A program made the position numbers and the translations under genes. This document shows, piece by piece, positions 18,314-28,515 of a stretch of 64,000 nt of DNA; the stretch's first letter is position 1; each line of letters begins with the position of its first letter. The stretch spans positions 1 through 64,000 of the IMG/VR virus record IMGVR_UViG_3300032516_000007. One strand, 5' to 3'. Source of the stretch: a virus. A model generated the notes under the pieces. It saw only the letters and a list, made by a program, of their open reading frames with translations. It searched no databases and was not told where the DNA came from.

Positions 18314-18925
18314 ATGCCGAGAACAATTCGGCGAAAGAAGAGCCCTCTGCGTCAAACGGTACAGCAAAGATCACTTCCTCGAGTGGAAGTGATCGACTAC
18401 TTTCCACCTGAGCATGATCCTGAACGTGAGTTGATCAGGGACAAGCTTGGGCAGCCAAGGAGGAAGAAGATGGGCGAGGCAAAAGAGATTGTGGGGAAGC
18501 CCTATGACGATCACTTCCCGGCTCCTGTGGGTGTTGCTGCGGGGTCAGTCATCCAGCGCATGAGTCTGATGGTTGATGACATCGATAGGGCTATCCAAGT
18601 CAAAGAGCACGATCTGTCAGTGGAAGGCAAGAATAACTTCGCTGAGAACCATTACAAGATCGGAATCCTCAAGGGAGCTGACAGTCTCATCCGTCGGGCG
18701 CGTGCGATGCTTCAGGACTATGGAACTGATCTCGATCAGGATTTCGACCCAAGCGAGGACATCAAGGCTGCCTCGGGTGAAGACCTGGAGAATGGTGTGG
18801 TCATCCCTCTCAACAGTGACAAGAAGGAATATGACCCCATTCCCATCATGGAAAATGTTGAAGAGGAAGATGAGGAGGATGGGAAGGATGACAAGGGTGG
18901 GGATGGGGGCAGCTTCAAGTTCTAG
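18314..18925 (+). CDS. Hypothetical protein
   Basis: ORF with basic N-terminus and acidic C-terminus. Confidence 0.55.
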   Translation: MPRTIRRKKSPLRQTVQQRSLPRVEVIDYFPPEHDPERELIRDKLGQPRRKKMGEAKEIVGKPYDDHFPAPVGVAAGSVIQRMSLMVDDIDRAIQVKEHDLSVEGKNNFAENHYKIGILKGADSLIRRARAMLQDYGTDLDQDFDPSEDIKAASGEDLENGVVIPLNSDKKEYDPIPIMENVEEEDEEDGKDDKGGDGGSFKF

Positions 18926-18938
18926 AAAGGAGATCACC

Positions 18939-19415
18939 ATGCCACTCTGTCTCAATGCCGACCCAGCAATGGATTTGAGGAAAAGGATCGTGTGGGACCC
19001 AGTGAAGTCAGAGGATGTTCTCGAAGCTCAACATCGCGTTGATGTCCTTCGCAACCAAGGGTTTACTGTGGTTGAGGGACCATTCCTTCCAGGGGAGATG
19101 GTTCTAGAACCACCGAAGCGAGCCGCTGACCTCTTCTTGCTGCGTATTCTGGATGATAGTGGGGACACACGCATTGTGTGGAGCCGCAAGAGCGAACAAG
19201 AAACCAAAGAGGCTCGCCAGAAGTTTGAAGAGCACATCAAGAAAGGATACAGAGCCTACGTGTGCCGGTTGGATGGTTCCAAGGGGCGGCGTATCGAGGA
19301 CTTCGATTCTCTGCTTGAAGAGATCGTGCTGACTCAAGGTAGGATGATTGGGGGGATGCAATATCCTAATCGACCAGCCGAAGCTGTGATGGTTCCCCCG
19401 ACTGCGCCTGGTTAG
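18939..19415 (+). CDS. Uncharacterised protein with internal domain duplication, ending PPTAPG
   Basis: AAGGAG RBS; RIVW motif twice. Confidence 0.65.
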   Translation: MPLCLNADPAMDLRKRIVWDPVKSEDVLEAQHRVDVLRNQGFTVVEGPFLPGEMVLEPPKRAADLFLLRILDDSGDTRIVWSRKSEQETKEARQKFEEHIKKGYRAYVCRLDGSKGRRIEDFDSLLEEIVLTQGRMIGGMQYPNRPAEAVMVPPTAPG

Positions 19416-19424
19416 GAGGCTTCG

Positions 19425-20342
19425 ATGCTTGCCCCCACTATGGATCGTTGGCAACAGAACTGTATTAAGCGAAAGCATCCCGGATACACACTTCCAGGAT
19501 CGAAGCGAGCTGCATTTCTGGAGTCCATCAATCCTCATCCCAAACAAGTGAAGAGCATAGTTCCTGGGATGGCTGAGGTGATGAAGGAGATCTATGTGCC
19601 TTCATGCTGGGGTTATTCTCCAACGGAGGGAACTCACACCTGGGGGAATATCACAGCACAATGGGCAGACAATAGTGGCCCCTACATTACTTCCAACAAC
19701 TGTGACATTGATGCAACGGGCACAATTGTCTCCAACGTTATCTATGTCACACGGAAGTGGGATGGTTTAACTGCCAACAGTGGCACTGCAACGTCTAATA
19801 TCCTGTGGCCTAATGAGAATCCGATCTACACTTACATTCAATCGAATTACCCTTACACTGTTGATCCCAAGAAGATGAAGGAAGAGCAGTTTCGTCAGAA
19901 GATGAAACAACAGATCACTGGTAGTGTTCCTCTTAATCATCGTGGGGCTCAGCCTAGGTTTGCTCACAGACTGGCTGATTTCAGCCAGGTGAGCCCCTCT
20001 GAGATTGTTGCGCTTAGACTTCTCAGGAGCATGTTGGATGGGGAGGAGTGGAAGCGTTACTTACGCTACGGATTCATTATTGTGAGGGGTGAGAGTGGAC
20101 TGGTTTACCAGATCGTCAGGGGTCAGAGCCATGTAAGGGTCTTCCGAAGCGGGAAGAAGGTGGCAGAACTGTGCATTTACGTACAGGGGAACGTACCATC
20201 GACGGACTCTGTGATCGCAAAGAAGGTGATGGTGGAGTGTAGTGAGAAAGATCTGTGGCACAAGGCCAACATTCATGGTCAGTCTAAGTGGCCAATGAAG
20301 TATCAACCCACGGAAGAAGAACTGGTACAGTTGGCCGCATGA
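19425..20342 (+). CDS. Uncharacterised protein, probable partner of the preceding gene
   Basis: AGGAGG RBS; C-terminal domain ALRLLRSML...G.SG.VYQI...LCI...P..D. Confidence 0.65.
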   Translation: MLAPTMDRWQQNCIKRKHPGYTLPGSKRAAFLESINPHPKQVKSIVPGMAEVMKEIYVPSCWGYSPTEGTHTWGNITAQWADNSGPYITSNNCDIDATGTIVSNVIYVTRKWDGLTANSGTATSNILWPNENPIYTYIQSNYPYTVDPKKMKEEQFRQKMKQQITGSVPLNHRGAQPRFAHRLADFSQVSPSEIVALRLLRSMLDGEEWKRYLRYGFIIVRGESGLVYQIVRGQSHVRVFRSGKKVAELCIYVQGNVPSTDSVIAKKVMVECSEKDLWHKANIHGQSKWPMKYQPTEEELVQLAA

Positions 20343-20872
20343 GCGAGAAACGCATAGAACCATTCTGGCAGCTTCCAGGCTGGGTGAAGAAGTTTGATGA
20401 TGGAGCGGAGCTTCGTGAGGAGAGCATTGGGGCAGACCATGTTTTGATCCATGTGACGGTCCCAAAAACAGTGGATTCGGAGCGTATGGCTGCCTTTGCG
20501 AGAAACTTCAGCAAGGAGCTGCCAAAGAATGCTCGTGCGATTTTTACTTGCGACGACATTCAGATCAAAGTGCATCGTCCTAGGTCCGTGTCCCTGTCAA
20601 TGGTGGGAAATAAGATTGAGGGTGATGCTTTAATAGATCAGATTAGGCAGCTTCTCGAAGACAGCAACATCACCAATATCAACCTGCACGTGCAGGACAA
20701 CATCATTGAGCAATCAGTGCCCAAGCCTCTTCCCATTCCGGTAGTGGAAGAGCCCAAGCTTAGAGGAAATAATGGCCACAGAGAAAGCAGGATTACTGGA
20801 CAGTCACAAGGTGAAAAAACTCGTCGAAGCCCACAAAAAAAAGGAGGAAACCGCAAAGTCAAGAGCACTTGA
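20339..20872 (+). CDS. Hypothetical protein
   Basis: ATGA overlap. Confidence 0.55.
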   Translation: MSEKRIEPFWQLPGWVKKFDDGAELREESIGADHVLIHVTVPKTVDSERMAAFARNFSKELPKNARAIFTCDDIQIKVHRPRSVSLSMVGNKIEGDALIDQIRQLLEDSNITNINLHVQDNIIEQSVPKPLPIPVVEEPKLRGNNGHRESRITGQSQGEKTRRSPQKKGGNRKVKST

Positions 20873-21227
20873 GATCTTCATGCAGCTCATGCAGCTCAAG
20901 CCATTCAAGAAATGGCTTGAGAAGAACATCATCATCCGTGATGAGGTAGATCACCTCAAGAAGCAGATCAATACCTACGTGGTCTACAGGGGAGACCTAC
21001 CTGAAGAGGAACAGAAGCATCTCGAGGTTCTGCGCCGGTCTCAATACGACTGGTGGTGTGAGACCTGCGATCAAGGTTTTGGGCTCACAGAGATTGATGA
21101 AAACGACATTCACCAAGCTACTTGTACTCAGTGTGGGTCCCTATTGGTCACGCCTGAGAAGCCACTTGATGTTGAGTTTCCAGACAAACCCAAAGAGGAA
21201 GGAGAAGATGGTGACAAGCCCGCTTAG
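20772..21227 (+). CDS. Hypothetical protein with C-terminal Zn ribbon
   Basis: CETC...CTQC. Confidence 0.6.
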   Translation: MATEKAGLLDSHKVKKLVEAHKKKEETAKSRALEIFMQLMQLKPFKKWLEKNIIIRDEVDHLKKQINTYVVYRGDLPEEEQKHLEVLRRSQYDWWCETCDQGFGLTEIDENDIHQATCTQCGSLLVTPEKPLDVEFPDKPKEEGEDGDKPA

Positions 21228-21585
21228 CATTATCGGATTCGAGGAAAATTCCAACCTGAGACATGTGACCTGGAACCAGAGGTATTTGGAAGAAGTGAAG
21301 GGAGAGTGGAAGCTCAAACATGGGCAGGCAGTGGTGTTTTGCAACAAAGCGCAGGATCGTTTCAGACTAGTAGCCGTGTTTTACGGCTTGGCGGTTCTTG
21401 TGCTTCCTCCAATCGATCCTGATGAAAGGCATAGTCTTTATCTCAAGATCAGCGAGTTCCTTCGCAAGTTTGAGCCACGTGACAATGTGGCAGCAAAGCT
21501 CGAGGAAGAGATTGAGCTGACCAAATCCAGGATCGAACGTCGTAGGAAGCTGGCTGCTGAGGCACAGCAGAGGAGGAAAGCATGA
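21208..21585 (+). CDS. Hypothetical protein
   Basis: AAGGAG RBS. Confidence 0.6.
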   Translation: MVTSPLSIIGFEENSNLRHVTWNQRYLEEVKGEWKLKHGQAVVFCNKAQDRFRLVAVFYGLAVLVLPPIDPDERHSLYLKISEFLRKFEPRDNVAAKLEEEIELTKSRIERRRKLAAEAQQRRKA

Positions 21586-21920
21586 CCTCAAAAGCGAAGC
21601 TTAGTAAGTACAATCCTGCGAAGGCGATGAAGGTGCATCAACTTCGTGTCGCTGGATTGTCGTGGCGAGAGATTCACGAACAGGTGGGGATTGCTGTCTC
21701 CACAGCCTGTGCTTGGGACAAGATCGTGGTGGCTAATCCTGAGCTTCTGAGGAAAGCAGAATCGGAGAAGCATCCAGGAGGAAATGGGAAGTCCAACGTG
21801 GATAGGGAAGCACTTCAGAATATTCAAGACACTGTGCAGGAGGAGAACAAGTACCTGAGGTGGTGGAACCAGGGTGAGCGACAAGGCTGGGTGGATCGTC
21901 TATTGAGAGAAGTACAGTGA
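21582..21920 (+). CDS. HTH DNA-binding protein
   Basis: LRVAGLSWREIHEQVGIAVSTA. Confidence 0.7.
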   Translation: MTSKAKLSKYNPAKAMKVHQLRVAGLSWREIHEQVGIAVSTACAWDKIVVANPELLRKAESEKHPGGNGKSNVDREALQNIQDTVQEENKYLRWWNQGERQGWVDRLLREVQ

Positions 21921-21929
21921 TGGGATAGA

Positions 21930-22553
21930 GTGGAGATCGAAATGCTAAGCTACATTTCCATAGGAATCGATGGTGGTCTCAGTGGTGCGATTGTGATCAT
22001 CGATCAGCGGTTCTCTGTGCTCTCGTGGTGGGATATGCCCACCATCTCGAGCACGAAGAAGACGACTCCACGCAAGGGTCCCAATGCTGGTAAAACCAAA
22101 ACCAGCATCAAGCGTAATTTTGATCTTCGATCTATCTTTACTTCTCTTCGAGACACGCTCAATGTGATTCGAAGTGATCCCGATCAGCTACAACAGCCAA
22201 TGGTCTTCTTTGAGAAGGCCCATGCAATGCCCCAGCAGGGGGTCTCCTCAACCTTCAAGACAGGTCAGGGTTTCGGGTTGATGGAGATGGCTCTAGTAGC
22301 ACTGGACGTTCCGTACCAGATCATCGATGCTAATGCTTGGACCAAGGAGATGCACAAGGGAGTGACTGGAGGAGAGCCCAAGGCCAAGTCCTTATTGCTG
22401 GCCAGTCGGTTGTTCCCGGCATTGCCCCTCAAGACGCCACGGGGCACCAAACTGACCATGGATGGGCGAGCAGATGCTGCCCTGATTGCTTACTACGGGC
22501 TCGTTCATGTCCTCAAGGCACAGTCACCCGAAGCAACAAGGGAGAAGCCATGA
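21930..22553 (+). CDS. RuvC-like Holliday junction resolvase
   Basis: IGIDGG, FFEKAH..P.QGVSSTF, DGRADAALIA. Confidence 0.85.
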   Translation: MEIEMLSYISIGIDGGLSGAIVIIDQRFSVLSWWDMPTISSTKKTTPRKGPNAGKTKTSIKRNFDLRSIFTSLRDTLNVIRSDPDQLQQPMVFFEKAHAMPQQGVSSTFKTGQGFGLMEMALVALDVPYQIIDANAWTKEMHKGVTGGEPKAKSLLLASRLFPALPLKTPRGTKLTMDGRADAALIAYYGLVHVLKAQSPEATREKP

Positions 22554-22960
22554 GGGCTTTCGAGAGAGGCCAGTCAAACGAGGCCATGCTCTATGCTGCG
22601 GAGGGAGGACAGGGCTTGCACGTCTATCCGGCGCTCGGGATGAATGCACCCTTGTGTTTCAAGCGTTCAAAACAGTGGGCGCACCTCTATGACATGGACA
22701 CAAAGCGACTGATCTCGACGGCTAAGCAGCTTGGCGTGCGAGTGATTGTGGTCCACTACCGTGGGCACCCAAATCAGCACATTGATCTCTGTGGGGGGCC
22801 GCTTAAGAAGGCTATGAACTCTATTCAGAAAGAAGATCACATGAAGAATCCGTCACAACCCAAGCCCCGACCCAAGCCTCCAGTGACAATTCCCACATGT
22901 ACTCAGTGTGGTAAGCCCCTCACTCAGTGTTTGTGCAAAGAGAACGATCTTCGTAAGTGA
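22550..22960 (+). CDS. DUF4031-like protein
   Basis: WAHL..D...L...AKQLG...HIDL. Confidence 0.45.
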   Translation: MRAFERGQSNEAMLYAAEGGQGLHVYPALGMNAPLCFKRSKQWAHLYDMDTKRLISTAKQLGVRVIVVHYRGHPNQHIDLCGGPLKKAMNSIQKEDHMKNPSQPKPRPKPPVTIPTCTQCGKPLTQCLCKENDLRK

Positions 22961-23532
22961 TGGCAGCTCACGAGAGAGTCTACCTAGCTGTAGACGTTAA
23001 CAACTTGTGGCACTCATGCCGTGAGGTGTACGGGATCACTGCACGTGTGAACTACGCTGGCTTGCTTGCCAAGATCAAGAAGGGTGGATTCACTCAGGTT
23101 CCAAGAGATGTGGTAGCAGTTGCCTATACCATCACTGCACCTCATCGAAGAGTGGCTGGTGATGGACGTGTGCGGGAGGAGGGTTCCAGAAACACTAGGT
23201 TCCTAAGCTCACTTGAACGCTTTGGCTACGAGGTTCGCACTCGGCATATGAAGTACGAAAAGGGGATTGAGAAGCCCTTTCACACAGACTGGGATGTGGG
23301 CATTGCTGTGGATGCACTCCAGCAGATTCACGCATTCGATACCTTTATCATTGCTAGTGGTGATGGGGACTATGCCCCACTTGTGGAGAAGATTCAAAGG
23401 GACGGAAAGCGAGTGGAGGTCTACACCTTCCGCAACTCAGCTTCAATGATCCTGTATCAGCAGGCAGATAGCATGGTTTTCCTGACTGAAGAGGATATCT
23501 ATCGAGAGTCAACATCAGGAACACAAGGATGA
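22957..23532 (+). CDS. NYN/LabA (PIN-like) domain protein
   Basis: VDVNN, DWDVGIAVD, SGDGDY. Confidence 0.88.
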   Translation: MMAAHERVYLAVDVNNLWHSCREVYGITARVNYAGLLAKIKKGGFTQVPRDVVAVAYTITAPHRRVAGDGRVREEGSRNTRFLSSLERFGYEVRTRHMKYEKGIEKPFHTDWDVGIAVDALQQIHAFDTFIIASGDGDYAPLVEKIQRDGKRVEVYTFRNSASMILYQQADSMVFLTEEDIYRESTSGTQG

Positions 23533-25388
23533 CCACACCAGCCCCCATCAAGAGGACTCCTGCTAAGCTTGGGGTCAAGATCCAACGTACTCCGGTCAAG
23601 GTGAAGAAGTCCATTTCCCCCCAGCAGCAATCCTTTCAGAGCATGTTCGGTTCATTGGCTCCACCTCAGCAACAAATCTTCAATGCCAACCTACAGGCAG
23701 TCAGTCCCAAGAATGTCACCCCTGACCAACTGAAAGCTCTCAGTGAGGCGAGCTTCCCACTGTGGGTTATCACTTCTGGCATCAGGGTTGATCATCGTGC
23801 CTTCGATTTTGATAAGCACAAGTATCTCATCCCGCTCTACATGGATCGTGCTCAAGAAGTGATCTTGATGAAGTCAGCTCAGATGGGTGCCACCATTTGG
23901 CTACTTCTCAGGTTGATTCATTTTTGTAAGACCAACTCTGCCAAGGCATGTTTGTTCTTTCCCACTGACGAAGGTGTGAAGCTTCTCTCAAAAGATCGGT
24001 TGGCTCCACTGATTGCTTCCAATGCAGAGCTGGCAGCTCTGATCAAGGACACAGATACGCTGGGGTATAAGCAAATTGGAGTGGACAGTTCTTTCTATCT
24101 TCGTCACCTAGGTGGTGTGGCCTCAAAGGACTCAACACCTTTTGACATGATTGCCTTTGATGAGGTTCGATTGCTTGACGCATCGGACATCTATCAAGCT
24201 CGAGAGCGTGTTAGTCATAGTAATTTCAAGAATGTTCTTCAAGTATCTACTGCCGGATATCCTAACCACGATATACATAGACAATTCTTAAGAGGTACAC
24301 AAAACTATTGGCACACACGATGCAATTGCTCAGATGGTGTTATTCTGAGTGAAGTCTTTCCTGATTGCATGGCAGTTGTGGGTAAGAAGGTTTACTATCG
24401 TTGCCCACGATGCAAGATGAGGATTGATGATCCTCAAAATGGTCAGTTCCTGCCCCACAGTCCAGGGGCTCCGGTTCAGAGCTATCACATTCATCAGATG
24501 TTATCGAAGTTCATCTCTCCTGCTGAAATCTGGGAGAACTACAAGACCACACAGAATATCAAAGAGTTCTTCAACGCCAAACTGGGTAAGCCTTATGTAG
24601 ATGAGGAGAACATTCCCATCACTGATGATGATCTTGAAGCTTGCACCAATACTGATGTGATGTGGATGGAGAAGACCCAGAAGGCAGCCGTGGCCATGGG
24701 CATTGATCAGATGGGTGGCCACAACTACATCATCATCGCCAAACGACTGCCAGGTGGAAAGAAGAGAGTCCTACACTTTGAGATCGTGGATGACCAGAAT
24801 CCAATCTACTGGGAGGCCGGAAAGAGGGTTACCCCTTTCAAACGTGGCTACCAACTGATGAAGGAGTACGATGTTGATCTGTGCATCATAGATGCGATGC
24901 CCAATGCCAACGAGGCAATGGAGTTCGCTCGTGCATTCCCCAAGAGAGTTTTTGTGGCCTGGTACGTTGAACAGCAACGTGAGATCGTCCATTGGGGAGA
25001 TCGCCCCAAGTACAAGATGCTCGTGAGGAAGGGTGGGCCTCAGGTCAAGTTCAAGTACACCTGCCTGCTGAGTCGATACCTCAGCATTGATCTGGCAATG
25101 CGGTCAATTGCAGAGCGTGAGGTGGAGTGGCCCAGTCCTCGGGCTCTGGTTCAAGAGTGTCGTCACCCTAAGACGGGATACTTCGAGCCTTTGTACATCT
25201 TCGAGACTCACTTTTACGAGCACATGAAAAGCATTGTGCGTCAGAAGACGGTTGTCAATGAGGCCACAGGGGCTTTCAAAATGGAGTGGGTTAACCTCGG
25301 TCTAGATCCACACTCTGTTCATTGTTGGAACTACTGTAACATAGCTTTGGAAAGATTGAGAAGAACCCCACTCATGACTTTTGCATAG
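23529..25388 (+). CDS. Terminase large subunit (GpA-like)
   Basis: KSAQMGAT, AFDE, VST, Cys pairs, LGKPY, nuclease GID and IIDAMP. Confidence 0.88.
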   Translation: MTTPAPIKRTPAKLGVKIQRTPVKVKKSISPQQQSFQSMFGSLAPPQQQIFNANLQAVSPKNVTPDQLKALSEASFPLWVITSGIRVDHRAFDFDKHKYLIPLYMDRAQEVILMKSAQMGATIWLLLRLIHFCKTNSAKACLFFPTDEGVKLLSKDRLAPLIASNAELAALIKDTDTLGYKQIGVDSSFYLRHLGGVASKDSTPFDMIAFDEVRLLDASDIYQARERVSHSNFKNVLQVSTAGYPNHDIHRQFLRGTQNYWHTRCNCSDGVILSEVFPDCMAVVGKKVYYRCPRCKMRIDDPQNGQFLPHSPGAPVQSYHIHQMLSKFISPAEIWENYKTTQNIKEFFNAKLGKPYVDEENIPITDDDLEACTNTDVMWMEKTQKAAVAMGIDQMGGHNYIIIAKRLPGGKKRVLHFEIVDDQNPIYWEAGKRVTPFKRGYQLMKEYDVDLCIIDAMPNANEAMEFARAFPKRVFVAWYVEQQREIVHWGDRPKYKMLVRKGGPQVKFKYTCLLSRYLSIDLAMRSIAEREVEWPSPRALVQECRHPKTGYFEPLYIFETHFYEHMKSIVRQKTVVNEATGAFKMEWVNLGLDPHSVHCWNYCNIALERLRRTPLMTFA

Positions 25389-25395
25389 GTGATAA

Positions 25396-25620
25396 ATGTT
25401 AGAGATGACTTTGAACGATTGGCATCAGTTGGCTGAGTTCATTCACGCAGCCAACGGTGTTCATTCAACGATACGAAGCGCATTCAAGCAAGGAAAGGCA
25501 CAGGTGAATATCAAAGATCAATCCATTGAATGCATTGCCCAGATGGATATTGACCCAGAGTTCTGGCTTCGAGTCGGAGCGTTTATTGGTAGCAAGCTTG
25601 GGACCAAGGAGGAAGGTTGA
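25396..25620 (+). CDS. Hypothetical protein
   Basis: AGGTG RBS. Confidence 0.55.
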   Translation: MLEMTLNDWHQLAEFIHAANGVHSTIRSAFKQGKAQVNIKDQSIECIAQMDIDPEFWLRVGAFIGSKLGTKEEG

Positions 25621-25621
25621 C

Positions 25622-26281
25622 ATGAAGCCACTGATTTGGGTTGAAGGCATCATTGGTTGCGGGAAGACTACATTTGCTCGCGAAGTTGGGAAACGTCTTG
25701 GGTTCTTGGTTCTAGAGGAGCCTGTGGAGGACAACCCATACCTGGGTCCGTTCTACCAGAACCCAGCCAAGTACGCCTTCGGCTTTCAGATCTTTATGCT
25801 CCATCGTCGATATGCCATGCAGCGAGCGGCTGCCTGTGTGTCCATTGGTGCTTTTGCTGGTGCTGGTGCGATTCTTGATCGTTCCATTGCTGGTGATTGT
25901 GTGTTCGCCAAGATGCACATGCAGTTGGGCAACATCGATCCTATCGATTGGAAGACCTATGAGATGGCTTACGAGATCATGTGCAACACGTTGCTCCCAC
26001 CCACGCTGTTGGTCTACCTGGATGCCCAGCCTGAAACAGCATTCAAGAGGATGCAGATGAGGAACCGAGAGGCAGAGTCCAAGGTCCCTCTCTCTTACCT
26101 GAAAGAGCTACGAGCTGGGTATACCAAGCTGATTGAAGAGGCAGAGCGTGGTCTCAGACCTTGGGGCCATGCTGTGAAGGTGCGCCAGCTCGTGTGGGAC
26201 CCAGTGAGTGCAATCCCCGATTGGGATGCAGTGGCTTCAACCATTGGTGATGCTTGTGGTGTGGAAAGGATCAAATCATGA
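25622..26281 (+). CDS. Deoxynucleoside kinase
   Basis: EGIIGCGKTT, EPV, FQIFML.RR, DRS, R.R..E. Confidence 0.9.
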   Translation: MKPLIWVEGIIGCGKTTFAREVGKRLGFLVLEEPVEDNPYLGPFYQNPAKYAFGFQIFMLHRRYAMQRAAACVSIGAFAGAGAILDRSIAGDCVFAKMHMQLGNIDPIDWKTYEMAYEIMCNTLLPPTLLVYLDAQPETAFKRMQMRNREAESKVPLSYLKELRAGYTKLIEEAERGLRPWGHAVKVRQLVWDPVSAIPDWDAVASTIGDACGVERIKS

Positions 26282-26526
26282 ACATCTCTTACGAGACTTT
26301 GAAGAGGATCGAAGCTCAACTAGATCGACTGGAAGGAAGACTAGCTCAAGAAAGAGATTATTGTTTTAGGTCTGATGTGGAACATCGAGAAGCTTGGCTC
26401 ATTGCGGGATTTAGACCATGCCAAGGTGACCAATGGATGCACTCAGATGGTCGTCATGTTACCTACACGTTGGTTATCACCACTATGCCTGATGAATACA
26501 TTGCTGCACAACGAAGTTTGGGATAA
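26278..26526 (+). CDS. Hypothetical protein
   Basis: ATGA overlap. Confidence 0.5.
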   Translation: MNISYETLKRIEAQLDRLEGRLAQERDYCFRSDVEHREAWLIAGFRPCQGDQWMHSDGRHVTYTLVITTMPDEYIAAQRSLG

Positions 26527-26534
26527 TAGTTACC

Positions 26535-26876
26535 ATGAAGATCGTTTATATTGCAGGTCCATACCGCGGTGAAACTCCATGGGATGTGGAGTGCAACGTT
26601 CGTCATGCTGAAGAGCTGGCGTTGCGTGTTGCTAAAGCAGGAGCAATCCCGCTTTGCCCTCACACGATGTTCCGTTTCTTCAACAAGCAATGTGATGATC
26701 CATTCTGGCTAAATGGAACGTTGGAGTTACTACGTCGTTGTGATGCAATCATTATGACTGATGATTGGATTCAATCTGAGGGTGCGGTCGGAGAATATGA
26801 TGAGGCTAAGAAGTTGGGCATGCCTACTTTCATAGAGATTGGTGATCTCAAGATATGGCTTCATCAATGTACATAG
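26535..26876 (+). CDS. DUF4406/DUF1937-like (nucleoside deoxyribosyltransferase fold) protein
   Basis: VYIAGPY, CPH, LRRCDAI, W.QSEGA..E. Confidence 0.75.
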   Translation: MKIVYIAGPYRGETPWDVECNVRHAEELALRVAKAGAIPLCPHTMFRFFNKQCDDPFWLNGTLELLRRCDAIIMTDDWIQSEGAVGEYDEAKKLGMPTFIEIGDLKIWLHQCT

Positions 26877-27361
26877 TGAACACAGATTGTAGTATAGAAC
26901 CTGTTAACCCAGGTGGCATTCTTGCTTGGGCTTTCATTGTCAAGAGACCAGGCAAGGGCATCGTTTACCAGGCAGCCTCTATCTCAATTCGGGGAGGATT
27001 ACTGGCAACCAACAACGTGGGTGAATACCAAGCGGTGGTCGCTGCAATGCTCTGGCTCATTGGACTGCCAGAGCATGAGCGAGAGCCTGTGATCTTGCAG
27101 TCAGATTCTCAGCTTATTGTTAATCAGGTCAATGGGCAGTGGCAGTGCAATGACCTCAAGCTTGTTCCTCTGAGGGACATGGTTCTAGAGGCACGAGATC
27201 AATACTCCAAGTCAATCACCTTCAAGTGGATTCCAAGAGCCAAGAACACTGAGGTAGATAACCTATCTCGCAGCGTCTACGATCAAGATGAACTGGCTCG
27301 CATGCGTGAGGGACTTTGCTCTCCAAAGACGACCTTTGGAGATGACGATCTTCCATTTTGA
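26867..27361 (+). CDS. Ribonuclease HI-like protein
   Basis: NTD, NPG, TNN.GEY, DSQLIV, WIPR.KN..VD. Confidence 0.85.
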   Translation: MYIVNTDCSIEPVNPGGILAWAFIVKRPGKGIVYQAASISIRGGLLATNNVGEYQAVVAAMLWLIGLPEHEREPVILQSDSQLIVNQVNGQWQCNDLKLVPLRDMVLEARDQYSKSITFKWIPRAKNTEVDNLSRSVYDQDELARMREGLCSPKTTFGDDDLPF

Positions 27362-27375
27362 AAAGGAGAAAAGGA

Positions 27376-27573
27376 ATGTCAGAGGATACGAAGTGTGGCC
27401 ATTCGGATTTGGAAGTTGATACGGATGGTGAGGGCATTGTGCAGATCCATTGTCACCAGTGTGGGGCAACAGGATCTCTTACGGCTGATATGATCTTCAG
27501 TTTGGGTGGGGATAGTGAGGATGATGAAGAAGATGGAGAAGACAGCAGTGACCAGGAAGAAACCAGAGCCTAG
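27376..27573 (+). CDS. Small Zn-ribbon acidic protein
   Basis: CGH...CHQCG; AAGGA RBS. Confidence 0.5.
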   Translation: MSEDTKCGHSDLEVDTDGEGIVQIHCHQCGATGSLTADMIFSLGGDSEDDEEDGEDSSDQEETRA

Positions 27574-27823
27574 AGCTATTGATCTGATATTCATGCCAGA
27601 TGAGGCCAAGGTGCAGGAGGCTCTACGACTGCACGACAGTTGCTCAATCTGCAAAGGAGCAGGTGGCAATACTTGCTACGACCCTGAGTGTGAGTGTGGG
27701 GGGTGCGGCTTCACAGTCTTTGACTCAGCACACGCTGAGGACATTCCTCGAGTACGCCATAACGAGAAAGGCACCCTGGTTGGGGTGCTTGCTTCGCCAT
27801 GGAACATCTACAAGAGAGGATGA
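27533..27823 (+). CDS. Cys-rich hypothetical protein
   Basis: CSIC, CECGGC. Confidence 0.45.
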   Translation: MEKTAVTRKKPEPRAIDLIFMPDEAKVQEALRLHDSCSICKGAGGNTCYDPECECGGCGFTVFDSAHAEDIPRVRHNEKGTLVGVLASPWNIYKRG

Positions 27824-28515
27824 GAGCAATGCGAGACAAGACAGAGGTGGTGTGCATTCTAGATCGGTCGGGCTCCATGGAGAACATCCCATGGAGTTTC
27901 ACCATTGGGGGTTACAACAGCTTCCTTGAGCAGCAGAAGCGGGAGCCAGGCGAGGCCAATCTCACGGTGGTGATGTTTGACACTGAGTACGAGATCAGGT
28001 ACTCAGGGGACATTCGTCGTGCCTCACTGATGGACAAGAGTACCTATGTTCCTCGAGGTGGAACAGCTCTCCTGGATGCAATGGGTCGCACCATTGATGA
28101 AGTGGGGCGCAGATTGGCGTCAACACCTGAACATGAGAGAGCCAACAAGATCATCGTGGTGATTGTCACAGATGGCGAGGAGAATTCAAGCAAGGAGTAC
28201 AACAAGGATCGAATCTTCAACATGATCACCCACCAACGTACCAAATACAACTGGGAGTTTATCTTCCTTGCTGCCAATCAGGATGCAATTGCTGAGGCAA
28301 CCAAGTACGGTATTGCTCCTCAATTGGCGATCAACTTTGTGGCCAATGCCATGGGTGCTCAGGCCAGCTATGCGGTGGCCAGTAGCCACATTTCCCACTA
28401 CAGACACAGAGGGATTGTAGATCAGAATCTCTGCAACGTAGATGTGGATGCCAACGGTGCAATTATCAATCGCGTTGTTGGCAGCTCAACATCAGGTAAG
28501 CCTGACGGGAACTGA
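27820..28515 (+). CDS. vWA domain protein
   Basis: LDRSGSM, GGTALLDA, VTDGEEN. Confidence 0.88.
   Translation: MRAMRDKTEVVCILDRSGSMENIPWSFTIGGYNSFLEQQKREPGEANLTVVMFDTEYEIRYSGDIRRASLMDKSTYVPRGGTALLDAMGRTIDEVGRRLASTPEHERANKIIVVIVTDGEENSSKEYNKDRIFNMITHQRTKYNWEFIFLAANQDAIAEATKYGIAPQLAINFVANAMGAQASYAVASSHISHYRHRGIVDQNLCNVDVDANGAIINRVVGSSTSGKPDGN

Noticed and set aside
21208-21585. IS66 accessory protein-like similarity (VVFCNKAQDRFRLV)
   Set aside because: Weak resemblance only; no transposase or terminal inverted repeats nearby
8108-25388. Inteins or introns in PolA, RecA or TerL
   Set aside because: Lengths are ordinary, frames continuous, no intein terminal motifs seen
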